32,000 bases of DNA, from assembly GCF_005080705.1 (NCBI RefSeq), contig NZ_CP032996.1:270001-302000 (forward strand), read 5' to 3'. The notes below the pieces were generated by a model that searched no databases, was not told the DNA's origin, and was given only the letters and a program-made list of their open reading frames with translations. Positions 1 to 11,585 of this stretch are shown here, one piece after another. Every line of letters starts with the position of its first letter. Positions within the stretch are counted from its first letter, which is position 1. The DNA comes from Buchnera aphidicola (Therioaphis trifolii) (GTDB taxonomy: Bacteria; Pseudomonadota; Gammaproteobacteria; Enterobacterales; Enterobacteriaceae). Position numbers and translations under genes: made by a program.

Positions 1-1578
1 AATACAATGTAAAGTCATCATAATCATTCTTGCAATCCAAAAAAATATAATATCAAAACCACTAACAAGAACATTAGTTGGATGAAATGTTTTTAATAAA
101 TTATTTTTTTTAGGCCAATCTAAAGAAAGAAAACTCCATAAACTTGAAGAAAACCAAGTATCTAAAACATCTTTATCTTGTATAATTTCGGTTGTTTTAG
201 AAATTTTATATTTCTTTCTAATTTCTTTTTCATTATTTCCAACATATACATTTCCTAATTTATCATACCAAGCTGGGATAGAATGCCCCCACCATAATTG
301 ACGAGAAATACACCAATCTTGTATATTATACATCCATGATAAATATAAATTTTTATATTGTTTTGGAAAAAAAATAATTTTATTTTTTTTAACTACCTGA
401 ATTGCCTGATTCGATAATTTTTTAGTACATAAATACCATTGATTAGTTAAAAGAGGTTCAATTTTAGAACCACTCCTATCTCCATAAGGAATAAAAATGT
501 CTATTTTATTAACACTATGTAATATTTTTTTCTTATTTAAAATATGAATAATTTTTTTTCTTGCTTGATTTAATTTTAATCCTTTTAAATAACAAGGCAT
601 ATATTTATCATATATTGTTGAAATATTACCATGAATATCATATATATGACAATTATTACAAATTTTACCATCCATAGTAAAAATATTAATCATAGGCAAT
701 TTATTTCGTACAGCAATTTCATAATCATTAAAATCATGAGCAGGAGTAATTTTAACACAACCAGTACCTTTTTTTATATCAACAACATTATCTCCAATAA
801 CAGGAACTAATCTATTAATAATAGGAACAAGTACAATACATCCTATAAATGCATTATATCTAATATCATTAGGATTAACTGCAACTGCTGTATCACCTAA
901 TAACGTTTCTGGACGAGTTGTTGAAATAGGTAAATATTGTTTTTTATTAATTTTTCCTAATTTATCTACTATAAAATATTTAATATTCCACATATTACCT
1001 TTTGTTATACGATTTTCTATTTCTAAATCTGAAATAACTGTTTTTAATTTTTTATCCCAATTACATAATTTTTTTTTACGATAAATTAATCCTTGTTTAT
1101 ATAAATCTATAAAAACTTTTTTAACTCCTTTTTTTGAAATATCATCTAATGTAAATCTTGTTCTACTCCAATTAACTGAACTACCTAACCTCTTTATTTG
1201 ATAATATATATTATTATCATTTTTTTTCTTCCATTTTAAACATTTTTTTATAAAAAATTTTTTTCCTAAAATTCTAAAATCTTTTTTTTCTTGTAATTCT
1301 ATTTTTTTAGATATGAGTATTTGTGTCGCAATACCTGCATGATCTACACCCATTTGCCATAAAGTATTAAAACCTTTCATACGATGATATCTAATTAAAA
1401 TATCCATAATTGTTTGTTGAAAAGCATGCCCCATATGTAAATTTCCTGTAATATTAGGCGGAGGCATAATAATGCAAAAATTATTATTAATATGTTTTTT
1501 TATTTGAAAATACTTATTTTGTTCCCAAAATTTATATATTTTTTCTTCAATATTTTTAGGATTATATTGATTTTCCAT
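1..1578 (-). CDS. valS: valine--tRNA ligase (ValRS), N-terminal 526 codons; the gene continues past the window start
   Basis: Not in the ORF track because it runs off the edge. My reverse-strand translation from the ATG at 1578..1576 reads MENQYNPKNIEEKIYKFWEQNKYFQIKKHINNNFCIIMPPPNITGNLHMGHAFQQTIMDILIRYHR. This matches the E. coli ValRS N-terminus and HIGH motif. Codons at the window start read ..SGFDIIFFWIARMIMMTLH, which is also ValRS-like. I checked the frame at both ends only. Confidence 0.92.
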   Translation of the reverse strand, partial: MENQYNPKNIEEKIYKFWEQNKYFQIKKHINNNFCIIMPPPNITGNLHMGHAFQQTIMDILIRYHRMKGFNTLWQMGVDHAGIATQILISKKIELQEKKDFRILGKKFFIKKCLKWKKKNDNNIYYQIKRLGSSVNWSRTRFTLDDISKKGVKKVFIDLYKQGLIYRKKKLCNWDKKLKTVISDLEIENRITKGNMWNIKYFIVDKLGKINKKQYLPISTTRPETLLGDTAVAVNPNDIRYNAFIGCIVLVPIINRLVPVIGDNVVDIKKGTGCVKITPAHDFNDYEIAVRNKLPMINIFTMDGKICNNCHIYDIHGNISTIYDKYMPCYLKGLKLNQARKKIIHILNKKKILHSVNKIDIFIPYGDRSGSKIEPLLTNQWYLCTKKLSNQAIQVVKKNKIIFFPKQYKNLYLSWMYNIQDWCISRQLWWGHSIPAWYDKLGNVYVGNNEKEIRKKYKISKTTEIIQDKDVLDTWFSSSLWSFLSLDWPKKNNLLKTFHPTNVLVSGFDIIFFWIARMIMMTLHCI

Positions 1579-1854
1579 ACTTTAAATCTCTAAAATTAAC
1601 TTAATAAAATAATCATTCATATTAAAGATATTAAATAAATATATAATATTAATTTAATAAAAATACTATAATATTTTATTTTATATTTATAAAATATAAA
1701 AAATATTTTTTTAAATATTTATATATATTAAAAATAAAATAATGTTTTAAATATTTTTATCATTAAATTATTTTGATATAGTATATAAAATAATATTAAT
1801 ATAATATATAATAAAATATAATATTAAAAATTAATATGATATTTATATAAAAAT

Positions 1855-2865
1855 ATGAATAGTTTATATAAAAAACACTTATTAAAAATTTCTGATTTTA
1901 CAAAAAATGAAATTATTACAATTATTAATTTAGCTAATTTTTTAAAAAAATCTAAAAAAAAAAAACAAGAAAAAAAATATTTAAAAAATAAAAATATTGC
2001 TTTAATTTTTGAACAGGAATCTACAAGAACAAGATGTGCATTTGAAATATCAGCTTTTGATCAAGGTGCTAATATTAGTTATTTAGGTTCTAAAAATATA
2101 CATTTAGGATATAAAGAATCTATTATTGATACAGTGAAAGTTCTTGAAAAAATGTATAATGGAATTGGTTATAGAGGTATTAATCATGAAAATGTTAATT
2201 TATTATCTCAAAATTCTAAAATACCTGTTTGGAATGCATTAACAAAAATACATCATCCAACACAATTATTAGCCGATATATTAACTATGCAAGAATACAT
2301 GCCAAATAAATCATTTTCTGAAATTCAATGTACATATATAGGTGATGCATCTAATAATATTGCTAATACATTATTAGAAGCATCATTAATTTTAAATTTT
2401 AAATTACATCTAGTATCACCAAAACAATATTGGCCAAAAATAAAAATTCTTAAAGCAGCATATAAAAAAAATAAAAATAATTTTTTATGTACTGATAATA
2501 TTCAAAAAGGTGTAAAAAATTCTGATTTTATTTATACTGATGTATGGATATCTATGGGGGATTCAAATAATTCATTTGATGAAAAAATTCAAATATTAAA
2601 AAAATATCAAGTAAATGATATATTATTATCTTTAACAAATAATAATAATATAAAAGTTTTACATTGTTTACCAGCTTTACATGATAAAAATACTATAATA
2701 GGTAAAAAAATTTCAAAATTATATAATTTAAATGATGGAATAGAAATTACAAATACAGTATTTCAAAAAAATAGTAAAATTATTTTTACTCAATCTGAAA
2801 ATAAATTACATACTATTAAAGCTTTAATGATAGCAACATTAAAAAAAAATATAGAATTAAAATAA
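1855..2865 (+). CDS. argI: ornithine carbamoyltransferase
   Basis: 336-aa ORF with an ATG start. It has the carbamoyl-phosphate motif STRTR (ESTRTRCAFE), plus HPTQ, DVWISMG and HCLPA. These motifs are typical of OTCase rather than ATCase. Confidence 0.93.
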   Translation: MNSLYKKHLLKISDFTKNEIITIINLANFLKKSKKKKQEKKYLKNKNIALIFEQESTRTRCAFEISAFDQGANISYLGSKNIHLGYKESIIDTVKVLEKMYNGIGYRGINHENVNLLSQNSKIPVWNALTKIHHPTQLLADILTMQEYMPNKSFSEIQCTYIGDASNNIANTLLEASLILNFKLHLVSPKQYWPKIKILKAAYKKNKNNFLCTDNIQKGVKNSDFIYTDVWISMGDSNNSFDEKIQILKKYQVNDILLSLTNNNNIKVLHCLPALHDKNTIIGKKISKLYNLNDGIEITNTVFQKNSKIIFTQSENKLHTIKALMIATLKKNIELK

Positions 2866-2906
2866 TAAATATATAAATAAAATATTAATTAATTTTAGAG
2901 AAAAAT

Positions 2907-3290
2907 ATGCATATTATTATTAATACAAAAAACGCTCCTCAACCTATTGGACCATATGTACAGGGAATTAAAAAAAATAATATAGTAATAATTTCTGGTC
3001 AAATTCCAATAAATTTAAATTCAAAAATAATATCAGATGATATTATAAAACAAACTAAACAAGTTTTAAATAATATTAAAATTATTATAGAAAAATCTGG
3101 TTTAAAAATAAACAATATAGTTAAAACAACTATATTTGTTACCAATTTAAATGAAATTAAAAAAATTAATTTAATTTATAAAGAATTTTTTAAAAAAAAT
3201 AATTCAGAATTTCCATCTAGAACTTGTGTTGAAGTAAATAAATTACCTAAAAATGCAAAAATTGAAATTGAAGCAATTGCTATAAATTAA
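2907..3290 (+). CDS. ridA: RidA/YjgF/TdcF-family enamine/imine deaminase
   Basis: 127-aa ORF. Family-typical N-terminus ..APQPIGPYVQG.. and C-terminal ..PSRTCVEVNKLPKNAKIEIEAIA. In E. coli ridA lies next to the pyrBI/argI region. Confidence 0.88.
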   Translation: MHIIINTKNAPQPIGPYVQGIKKNNIVIISGQIPINLNSKIISDDIIKQTKQVLNNIKIIIEKSGLKINNIVKTTIFVTNLNEIKKINLIYKEFFKKNNSEFPSRTCVEVNKLPKNAKIEIEAIAIN

Positions 3291-3297
3291 ATATAAA

Positions 3298-3316
3298 TAT
3301 GCCACAAAGTGGCATA
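3298..3316. terminator. G/C-containing hairpin between convergent ridA and deaD (candidate bidirectional terminator)
   Basis: TATGCCAC-AAA-GTGGCATA: an 8-bp perfect stem with a 3-nt loop. It lies 8 nt after the ridA stop and 84 nt after the deaD stop. On the minus strand it is followed by the T-rich run TTTATATTTAATTTA. Confidence 0.6.
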
Positions 3317-3399
3317 AAATTTATTATCATTTCTTTATATATTAAAGTAATAATTTTAATTTTATTTAAAATATTTCTATATAAAATACATATTTAATA

Positions 3400-5046
3400 T
3401 TATTTTTTTCGATTATATAATTCAATTTGAATTGGTTTATTTAAAACTCTTGTATAAGATAAATTATTAAAAATAATTTTAGGTAAATTATTAGATAATT
3501 CTACAGTTGAATAACTTGAATAAATTTTAATATTGCCAATATTATAACTACTAATATGCCCTTCATTAGCAATAGCACCAACTATATGTCTCACCTCTAC
3601 TCCATCATTTTTACCAACAGCAATTCGATATAAAGACATTTTTGATTTTATTTTATTATTTTGAAATTTAATATTTAATATATTTTTTTGAATATTAGTT
3701 TTTACATACGATCTTCGATTAATAACATGATTATCAGAAATAATTAACGGACGATTACCCTGAGCTATTTTTAATAATGCTGCAGCTAATATATTTATAT
3801 CATATTTATTATCTAAATTAATTTTTTTTAATAATTCAACATATTGATTAAAATCTTTACTATTTATTTCTTGTAATAATTTTTTATGAAATTTATTGAT
3901 TCTGCATTGATTTAATAATTGCACATTAGGTAATTCTATTTTCTTTATAGATTGTTTAGTAATACGTTCAATATTTTTTAATAATCTTTGCTCACGATAT
4001 TCAACAAATAATAAAGCACGCCCCTTTCGTCCAGCACGACCTGTTCGTCCAATTCTATGAATATATGATTCAGCATCCATAGGAATATCATAATTAATTA
4101 CTAAATTAATTCGATCAACATCTAATCCTCTTGCAGCTACATCGGTAGCTATTAAAATATCTAATCGACCATCTTTTAATTTTTCTAAAGTTTGTTCTCT
4201 TAAATTTTGATTCATATCACCATTTAATGCAGCGCTATTATATCCATAACGTTCTAATACTTCTGCAACTTCCAAAGTAGCACTCTTAGTTCTTACAAAA
4301 ATAATAGTAGCAGAAAAATCTTCTGATTCTAAAAAACGTATTAATCCATCTGTTTTTTTACAACAAACAATCCAATAACTTTGATAAATATTTGGTTGTG
4401 TTTTAATGTTAGATTGAATTTTTATTTCTTTTGGATATGTCATAAATTTATGAGCAATTTTCTTAATAATCATAGGCATAGTTGCAGAAAATAAAGCTGT
4501 TTGATGTTTTTTAGGAATTCTTGACATTATATTTTCAACATCTTCTATAAAACCCATTCTTAACATTTCATCAGCTTCATCTAAAACTAATGATTTTAAA
4601 TATGATAAATTTAATGTTCCTCTTTTTAAATGATCTAATAATCTTCCTGGAGTCCCCACAATAATTTGAGGACCTAATTTTAATATTTTTAACTGTAAAT
4701 CATATCTTTGTCCACCATATAATGGTAATACTTTTACATTTACCATATATTTTGAAAATTCTAAAAATGCATTTGATACTTGAATAGCTAATTCTCGAGT
4801 TGGTGTAAGAACTAAAATTTGAGGATGCTTTAAATTTATAATAATATTATTTAATAATGGAAGTGCAAAAGCAGCAGTTTTTCCACTTCCAGTTTGAGCC
4901 ATACCTAAAACATCTTGACCTTTTAAAAGATAAGGAATACATAATTTTTGAATAGGAGAGGGTTTTATATATTTTAAATCAAGTAGTGCTTTTAAAATAA
5001 AGGAATTTAAGCCAAATTTTAAAAATAAATTATCAATTTGAATCAT
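3400..5046 (-). CDS. deaD: DEAD-box ATP-dependent RNA helicase DeaD/CsdA
   Basis: 548-aa ORF with an ATG start. Helicase motifs present: [23 protein letters not shown] (DEAD), [13 protein letters not shown]. It sits downstream of pnp as in E. coli. It is about 80 aa shorter than E. coli DeaD at the C-terminus. Confidence 0.95.
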   Translation of the reverse strand: MIQIDNLFLKFGLNSFILKALLDLKYIKPSPIQKLCIPYLLKGQDVLGMAQTGSGKTAAFALPLLNNIIINLKHPQILVLTPTRELAIQVSNAFLEFSKYMVNVKVLPLYGGQRYDLQLKILKLGPQIIVGTPGRLLDHLKRGTLNLSYLKSLVLDEADEMLRMGFIEDVENIMSRIPKKHQTALFSATMPMIIKKIAHKFMTYPKEIKIQSNIKTQPNIYQSYWIVCCKKTDGLIRFLESEDFSATIIFVRTKSATLEVAEVLERYGYNSAALNGDMNQNLREQTLEKLKDGRLDILIATDVAARGLDVDRINLVINYDIPMDAESYIHRIGRTGRAGRKGRALLFVEYREQRLLKNIERITKQSIKKIELPNVQLLNQCRINKFHKKLLQEINSKDFNQYVELLKKINLDNKYDINILAAALLKIAQGNRPLIISDNHVINRRSYVKTNIQKNILNIKFQNNKIKSKMSLYRIAVGKNDGVEVRHIVGAIANEGHISSYNIGNIKIYSSYSTVELSNNLPKIIFNNLSYTRVLNKPIQIELYNRKK

Positions 5047-5075
5047 GTAATATATATACCTTTTTTTAAAGTGAT

Positions 5076-5107
5076 AATATATTTATATTAATTAATATAA
5101 ATATATT
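5076..5107. repeat. 32-bp perfect palindrome (A/T only) in the pnp-deaD spacer
   Basis: AATATATTTATATTAA|TTAATATAAATATATT. I checked all 16 pairs around the centre 5091|5092 by hand. The next pair out (5075/5108) mismatches. Confidence 0.85.
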
Positions 5108-5193
5108 TATATAAATAATTATTTAAATAATCAAAAATATATAAAATAATATTAATAAATTAATATTTTTTATAAATAAAATAAATTATATAT

Positions 5194-7284
5194 TTAAGAT
5201 TGTTTTGTTGCTTTTATACTTAATCTTAACCTTCCTTGTCGATCAATTTCTAATACTTTTACTAAAACAGATTGTTCAATATTTAAATAATCTGTAACTT
5301 TATTAACTCTCTTATTTGCTATTTGTGAAATATGTACTAATCCCTCTTTTCCAAAACCAATAGATACAAATGCACCAAATTCTGTAATTCGAATAACTTT
5401 TCCATTATATATTTTTCCTACTTGAATTTCAGAAGTAATTTCTTTAATTTTTTTAATAGCATGTTTTGCTTTTCTTTCAATAGATGCTGATATTTTAATA
5501 ATGCCATTATCTTGAATTTCAATTATTGTTCCAGTTTCTTCTGTTAACATACGAATTACTGAACCCCCTTTTCCAATAACATCTTTAATTTTTTCAGGAT
5601 TAATTTTCATAGTATGAATACGGGGAGCAAATTCAGAAATATGACTTTTTGGAGTACTAATATATTGCTTCATAATTTTTAAAATATGAAGTCTAGCTTT
5701 TTTAGCCTCATTTAAAGCGTCATGTAATATTTGTTCTGTAATTCCAGATATTTTCATATCCATTTGTAATGCAGTAATTCCTATTTCTGTACCTGATACT
5801 TTAAAATCCATATCACCTAAATGATCTTCATCTCCTAAAATATCAGATAATATAATATATTTTTCTCCTTCTTTTACTAATCCCATTGCTACCCCAGCAA
5901 CTGCTGATTTTATAGGAATACCAGCATCCATTAAAGCTAAAGAAGCACCACAAACTGAAGCCATTGAAGAAGAACCATTTGATTCAGTAATTTCCGAAAC
6001 TATTCGAATGGTGTATGGAAATTTATCTAATTCAGGCATAACAGCTACCATGCTTCTTTTAGCTAATTTTCCATGACCAATTTCTCTTCTCTTTGGAGAA
6101 CCTACAATTCCAATTTCTCCAACAGAATATGGAGGAAAATTATAATGAAATAAAAAATTATCAGTTCTATCTCCTAATAATTCATCTAAATTTTGAGCAT
6201 CTCTCGAAGTACCTAATGTTACAGAAACTAAAGATTGTGTTTCACCTCTAGTGAATAATGCTGAACCATGAACACGAGGTAAAATTCCAGTTCGAATATC
6301 TAATTCTCTAACAATATTATTTTTTCGACCATCAATACGATTATTTTCATAAAGTATTTTATTACGTACAATTGTTCTTTCAATATTATATAAAATATTT
6401 TCTATTTCAGATTCTATAAAACTAATATTATTTAATCTTAAATGCTCAATAAGATTAGTTTTAATTATATCTAATTTTTCATGTCGTATTTTTTTATCAA
6501 CAATTTTATAAGATGTAATAATATCAGATTGACAAAATTCAAAAACATAATTAAATAATTCATGATCTTCAATATGTTTAGAATTGTAATTCCAAGAATT
6601 AATTTTTACATCTTTTGCAAATAAACAAATATTTTCAATTAATTTTTGTTGTTTACGATAACCAAATAAAATGGCATTTAAAACTTCTTTTTCATTTAAT
6701 AAATTTACTTCTGCTTCTACCATTAAAATAGCATCTTTTGTTCCAGAAACTACTAAATCTAATTTTGTATTTTTCATTTCATTTATTGTTGGATTTAAAA
6801 TATATTTATTATTAATATATCCAACTCTAGCTGCTCCAATTGGACCTAAAAAGGGCATACCAGATAATTTTAATGCTACTGATGCTCCAATAATTGCAAC
6901 AATATCAGGATTAATCTGAGGATTTACAGATACTACTGTAGCAATAATTTGAATTTCATTTAAAAAATCTTTAGGAAATAATGGTCTAATTGGACGATCA
7001 ATTAATCTTGCAATTAATATTTCATTTTCACTCGGTCTACCTTCTCGTCTAAAAAATCCTCCTGGTATTCGACCTGCAGCATATGTACGTTCTTGATAAT
7101 TAATACTTAAAGGAAAAAATTTTTGATTTAACTGTGTTTTTTTATCTCCTACAACTGTTACAAAAACAGCGGTATCATCCATAGTTATCATAACTGATGA
7201 AGTTGCTTGTCTGGCCATCATACCCGTTTCTAAAGTAATTGTATGTTTACCATATTGAAATTTTCTAACAATAGAATTTAACAA
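5194..7284 (-). CDS. pnp: polyribonucleotide nucleotidyltransferase (PNPase)
   Basis: 696-aa ORF. N-terminus [28 protein letters not shown] is nearly identical to E. coli PNPase. C-terminal KH and S1 regions are present. The start codon is TTG (caa at 7282..7284 on the plus strand), as for E. coli pnp. An AAGGA Shine-Dalgarno lies just upstream. Confidence 0.97.
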   Translation of the reverse strand: MLNSIVRKFQYGKHTITLETGMMARQATSSVMITMDDTAVFVTVVGDKKTQLNQKFFPLSINYQERTYAAGRIPGGFFRREGRPSENEILIARLIDRPIRPLFPKDFLNEIQIIATVVSVNPQINPDIVAIIGASVALKLSGMPFLGPIGAARVGYINNKYILNPTINEMKNTKLDLVVSGTKDAILMVEAEVNLLNEKEVLNAILFGYRKQQKLIENICLFAKDVKINSWNYNSKHIEDHELFNYVFEFCQSDIITSYKIVDKKIRHEKLDIIKTNLIEHLRLNNISFIESEIENILYNIERTIVRNKILYENNRIDGRKNNIVRELDIRTGILPRVHGSALFTRGETQSLVSVTLGTSRDAQNLDELLGDRTDNFLFHYNFPPYSVGEIGIVGSPKRREIGHGKLAKRSMVAVMPELDKFPYTIRIVSEITESNGSSSMASVCGASLALMDAGIPIKSAVAGVAMGLVKEGEKYIILSDILGDEDHLGDMDFKVSGTEIGITALQMDMKISGITEQILHDALNEAKKARLHILKIMKQYISTPKSHISEFAPRIHTMKINPEKIKDVIGKGGSVIRMLTEETGTIIEIQDNGIIKISASIERKAKHAIKKIKEITSEIQVGKIYNGKVIRITEFGAFVSIGFGKEGLVHISQIANKRVNKVTDYLNIEQSVLVKVLEIDRQGRLRLSIKATKQS

Positions 7285-7310
7285 AATTTATATCCTTATT
7301 TATATAAAAT

Positions 7311-7349
7311 TTAAAAAAACATAAAAAGAGCTCAATTGCCCTTTTTATG
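7311..7349 (-). terminator. rho-independent terminator-like hairpin between rpsO and pnp
   Basis: The minus strand reads CATAAAAAG-G-GC-AATTGA-GC-T-CTTTTTATG. That is a 9-bp stem, a 1x1 mismatch, then 2 G-C pairs and a 6-nt loop, followed immediately by TTTTTTT. It lies 55 nt after the rpsO stop and upstream of the pnp TTG start. E. coli has the rpsO terminator and pnp leader hairpin at the same place. Confidence 0.7.
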
Positions 7350-7404
7350 ATATAATATATTAAAATGTTAATTATTTATATTTAATATTTTTATAATATA
7401 ATAT

Positions 7405-7665
7405 TTAATGACGTAATTCTAATTTAGAAATTATATTATTATATCTAATAATATTAATATTTTTTAAATAATTTAATAATTTACGTCTTTTAGAAACCAT
7501 TTTTAATAAACCTCTTTTACTTGAAAAATCTTTTTTATGTATATTAAAATGATTTTTTAAATAATCAATTTGATGACTTAATAAAGCAATTTGAACTTCT
7601 GATTTACCAGTATTATTACAATTAATACTATATTTTAATATAATTTCTTTTTTATTTATTTTCAT
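7405..7665 (-). CDS. rpsO: 30S ribosomal protein S15
   Basis: 86-aa ORF. ..TGKSEVQIALLSHQIDYLKNHF..HKKD..SKRGLLKMVSKRRKLLNYLK.. aligns with E. coli S15. It lies between truB and pnp as in E. coli. Confidence 0.96.
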   Translation of the reverse strand: MKINKKEIILKYSINCNNTGKSEVQIALLSHQIDYLKNHFNIHKKDFSSKRGLLKMVSKRRKLLNYLKNINIIRYNNIISKLELRH

Positions 7666-7715
7666 AAAATATTATTCTTAAATATATTTAATTATTAAAT
7701 TATAATGCAAATATT

Positions 7716-8630
7716 TTAATTAATATTTAAAAATTTATAAAAAAAAATATTTTTTTTTTTATCAATTTTTGCCATAATAAAAATTTTATTATTATTTTGA
7801 ATAGTAATTCTAAAAATACTAGGGTATTTTTTATAAGAATAAAAAATATTATTTTTTATATTAATAATATTATTATAATTAGGAATAATTACTTCAGGTA
7901 ATGTAAAAAAAATATTTTTTATAGATAATAAAAAACTATTAAGTATAATATTATGATTTTTATTAAAATCATTTTTTATTATATAATTTAATTGTTCAAA
8001 AGTAAAAGTTTCATGTATTTTATATGAATGCACTTGCAATCTTCTTAAAAAAATAACATGAGCTCCGCATTGTAATAATTTTCCTAAATCATGTATAATT
8101 CTACGAATATATGTTCCTTTAGAACATATAATATCTAATTCAATAAATTTTGAATTATATTTTATAAGATTTAATTGATGAATTTTAATTTTTCGTAAAA
8201 TTTTTGGAATAAAATCATTTTTTATAGCATATTTATAAAGTGGGCGACCTTGATATTTGACAGCAGAATACGATGGTGTCACTTGAAATAGTTGATTTTT
8301 TATTATTTTTAAAGATTCATATAATTTAAATAATGAAAATTTAACTATTTGATTTTTTAATATTATACCATAAGAATCATATGTTGAAGTAGTTATTCCT
8401 AATTTTGCTATAACATAATAACGTTTATTAGAATTACTTAAATAATCTGAAAATTTTGTACATTCTCCAAAACAAATAGGTAATATACCACTTGCTAATG
8501 GATCTAACGTACCAATATAACCTGCTTTTTTAGCACAAAATATTTTTTTTACTTTTTGCAATATTTTATTAGATGATAATCCAATTGGTTTATCTAATAA
8601 TAATACTCCATTAATATTTTTTTTATACAT
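7716..8630 (-). CDS. truB: tRNA pseudouridine-55 synthase
   Basis: 304-aa ORF. GVLLLDKPIGLSSNKILQKVKKIF..KKAGYIGTLDPLASGILPICFGECTKF matches the TruB catalytic region, including the catalytic Asp in TLDP. Confidence 0.95.
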   Translation of the reverse strand: MYKKNINGVLLLDKPIGLSSNKILQKVKKIFCAKKAGYIGTLDPLASGILPICFGECTKFSDYLSNSNKRYYVIAKLGITTSTYDSYGIILKNQIVKFSLFKLYESLKIIKNQLFQVTPSYSAVKYQGRPLYKYAIKNDFIPKILRKIKIHQLNLIKYNSKFIELDIICSKGTYIRRIIHDLGKLLQCGAHVIFLRRLQVHSYKIHETFTFEQLNYIIKNDFNKNHNIILNSFLLSIKNIFFTLPEVIIPNYNNIINIKNNIFYSYKKYPSIFRITIQNNNKIFIMAKIDKKKNIFFYKFLNIN

Positions 8631-8674
8631 TATTATTTATTTTTAAATATAATAATATCATATTTATTATAAAA

Positions 8675-9067
8675 TTAAATATTTTTAATTAAATTAGAAA
8701 TTTTTATGCCTTTTATTAAAGAATTATCACTATAAAAAAATAATATTGGAATTTTTCGTAAAATTATTTTTTTACATAAAATACGTCTAATATAACCAGA
8801 AGCATTTTGTAAAATACTAATAATATTTTTTACATTATTTTTTAAAATATTTTTTTTTAAAAACTTAATATCTTCCATATCATTAATAAAAATTTTTGCA
8901 TATGATAAATCTTTAGATACTTTAACTTCAGATACTGTAATAAATGAATGAATTCTTGGATCTCTTAATTTATTTTTTAAAATATATGATATTTCTTTTT
9001 TAAGTTCTTCAGATATACGAATAGAACGATGAAAACTTTTATTATTACTTTTTTTTAAAAATTTCAT
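8675..9067 (-). CDS. rbfA: ribosome-binding factor A
   Basis: 130-aa ORF. ..RDPRI..ITVSEVKVSKDLSYAKIF.. and ..PILFFYSDNSL.. resemble E. coli RbfA. It lies between infB and truB as in E. coli. Confidence 0.9.
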   Translation of the reverse strand: MKFLKKSNNKSFHRSIRISEELKKEISYILKNKLRDPRIHSFITVSEVKVSKDLSYAKIFINDMEDIKFLKKNILKNNVKNIISILQNASGYIRRILCKKIILRKIPILFFYSDNSLIKGIKISNLIKNI

Positions 9068-9101
9068 AAATTTTATTATATCTATAATATATAATTAGTT
9101 T

Positions 9102-11585
9102 TTAATTTACATTTTTTAATTCTATAATTTTAAATGATTCAATTATATCACCAATACGAATATTTTTATAATTTTTTATTCCTAGTCCACATTCCTTTCC
9201 AAAACTAACTTCTTTAACATCTTCTTTAAAACGACGTAATGATTCTAATTCACCGCTATGTATTATTTTTTTATCTCTTAAAATACGAATTGGATTTTTT
9301 CGTTTTATAATACCATTAATAACCATACATCCTGCAATAAAAACAGATTTTGATGGTTTAAAAATATCTCTAATTTCAGCTGATCCTAAAATTAATTCTT
9401 TACATTTTGGAGATGTAATTTCAAAAATTTTTAATTTAATATCATCAATTAAATGATATATTATAGAATAATGATAAAAATTTACATTTTCTAATTTTAT
9501 TAAACGTTTAGCTGACATATTAGGTTCGACATTAAATCCAATAATAATTGCATTAGAAGCAATTGCAAGAGATACATCAGTTTCTGTAATATTACCAACA
9601 TTAGCAGTAATAATTTTAATTTCTATATTATCATTAGATAAATTTTTTATAATATTAGAAATAACTTCTAAGGAACCTTGAAGATCAGATTTTAAAATAA
9701 TATTTAAACAAAAAATACCATCTTTTTTTAAATTTTGAAAAACATTTTTTAAATCAACTATTTTTGTTTTTTTTAATTTCATTTCTCGAGATTTATTTTT
9801 TCTAAATAATGCAATTTCTCGAGCTTTTTTTTCATTTTTTATAGAATAAAATACATCACCACTTATTGGTATACCAGATAATCCTAATATTTCAACTGGA
9901 ATAGATGGACCAACAGATTTTACTTCTTTTCCAAATGAATTTTTAATAACACGTATACGACCCCAATGCAAACCACATAATACATTATCACCTTTATTTA
10001 ATTTACCCTCACGAATTAAAATTGTTGCTATTGGACCTTTATTTTTATCAAGTCGTGCTTCAATTACCACACCATTAGCCATTCCAGATGGTAAAGCAAA
10101 TAATTCTAACATTTCAGCTTGCAATAATATTGCATCTAATAAATCATCAATACCTGAACCAGTAATTGATGATACATTAACAAAAATATTTTCACCACCC
10201 CATTCTTCTGGTAATATATCATATTTTACAAGTTCTTTTTTAATTTTTTCAGGATTTGAATCAGGTTTATCAATTTTATTAATTGCAACTATTATTGGAA
10301 CATTAGCTAATTTTGCATGTTGAATTGCTTCAATTGTTTGAGGTTTGACTCCATCATCTACTGCTACCACTAATATAACAATATCAGTAATTTGTGTCCC
10401 TCTTGCTCTCATTGAAGTAAATGCAGCATGTCCAGGAGTATCTAAAAAAGTAATGATTCCTTTTTTATTTTGAACATAATAAGCACCAATATGTTGTGTA
10501 ATACCACCAGCTTCATGAGAAGCAATCTTTGTAGATCTAATATAATCTAATAAAGAAGTTTTACCATGATCAACATGACCCATAACAGTTACTATTGGAG
10601 GTCTAATAGTTTTTATTATATTTTTATTCATTATTTTATGTTCTTGAATAATTGATTCTTCTAATATATTCAAATTTTCTACAATTGATTTATGACCCAT
10701 TGCTTCAACAATTAATTGTGCAGTTTTTTGATCAACAATTTGATTACTTGTAAATATATTACCTTTTTTTTTCATTTCTTGAATTAAATGAATACTTTTA
10801 ATTGCCATTTTATCTGATAATTCTGATATTAAATTTTTTTTATGAATTAAAATATTTTTAATAATTTTTTTTTTAGGTTTAATAAAATTATGATGTAATA
10901 AATCTTTTTTTTTATTTTTTATAATATTATCAACATTTTTATTTTTAATATTTTTATTTTTTATTTTTTTTTTATTATTAAAATGCATATCATATTCAAT
11001 AATATTATTAATATCATCTAATGAATTTAAATTAGTAAATTTTTTTAAATGATTATTAGAAGATAAATTTTTTATAATAGCTTGATTTAATGATGTAATT
11101 TTATTTTTTTTAAAAATATTAACAGTATTTTTTTTATAATTCGTGATATTTTTTGAATTAATATCTTTTTTTTGATTTATTTTTTCTAATTTATTTTTAA
11201 TAACATTATTTTTATTTTTAATTGATGTATTAATTAAATTAGATTTAATGTGAGAAAAATTTTTTTTTAAATTAATATTTTCATATTTATAATTATTAAT
11301 TTTATTATCATTATTATTTTTTTTTAAAATATTAGAATAATATTTTTTTTTTTCTTGATTTTGTATTAAAGTATCTGAAATAGATTTAACATTTTTTTGT
11401 TCATTTTTTATATTAAATGATAATTCATTTTTTGAAGATAAATAATGTAATAATAATTTTTTTTCTTGTAAATTGATATAATCATCTTTTTTTTTTATTA
11501 TTCCAATATTAGAAAATTTTTTTATTAATTCAAATACTGTTATATTCATTTCATATGATAAAGATTGTAAAGTAATATTAGTCAT
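9102..11585 (-). CDS. infB: translation initiation factor IF-2
   Basis: 827-aa ORF with an ATG start. G-domain motifs [20 protein letters not shown] and NKIDK are present and the C-terminal domains are conserved. The N-terminal ~300 aa is low-complexity sequence rich in Asn, Lys and Ile. Confidence 0.96.
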   Translation of the reverse strand: MTNITLQSLSYEMNITVFELIKKFSNIGIIKKKDDYINLQEKKLLLHYLSSKNELSFNIKNEQKNVKSISDTLIQNQEKKKYYSNILKKNNNDNKINNYKYENINLKKNFSHIKSNLINTSIKNKNNVIKNKLEKINQKKDINSKNITNYKKNTVNIFKKNKITSLNQAIIKNLSSNNHLKKFTNLNSLDDINNIIEYDMHFNNKKKIKNKNIKNKNVDNIIKNKKKDLLHHNFIKPKKKIIKNILIHKKNLISELSDKMAIKSIHLIQEMKKKGNIFTSNQIVDQKTAQLIVEAMGHKSIVENLNILEESIIQEHKIMNKNIIKTIRPPIVTVMGHVDHGKTSLLDYIRSTKIASHEAGGITQHIGAYYVQNKKGIITFLDTPGHAAFTSMRARGTQITDIVILVVAVDDGVKPQTIEAIQHAKLANVPIIVAINKIDKPDSNPEKIKKELVKYDILPEEWGGENIFVNVSSITGSGIDDLLDAILLQAEMLELFALPSGMANGVVIEARLDKNKGPIATILIREGKLNKGDNVLCGLHWGRIRVIKNSFGKEVKSVGPSIPVEILGLSGIPISGDVFYSIKNEKKAREIALFRKNKSREMKLKKTKIVDLKNVFQNLKKDGIFCLNIILKSDLQGSLEVISNIIKNLSNDNIEIKIITANVGNITETDVSLAIASNAIIIGFNVEPNMSAKRLIKLENVNFYHYSIIYHLIDDIKLKIFEITSPKCKELILGSAEIRDIFKPSKSVFIAGCMVINGIIKRKNPIRILRDKKIIHSGELESLRRFKEDVKEVSFGKECGLGIKNYKNIRIGDIIESFKIIELKNVN

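Noticed and set aside
1579-1854. The longest spacer (valS/argI divergent region), examined for ARG boxes, small ORFs or structured RNA
   Set aside because: I could not find a TGAAT..ATTCA-type ARG box pair. There is no inverted repeat longer than about 8 bp and no G/C-containing stem. The sequence looks like plain A/T promoter spacer.
6671-6919. 82-aa ORF on the plus strand
   Set aside because: It lies entirely inside and antisense to pnp, whose identity is certain. Its sequence is hydrophobic and low-complexity, as expected from reading A+T-rich coding DNA backwards. It has no ribosome-binding site or family resemblance.
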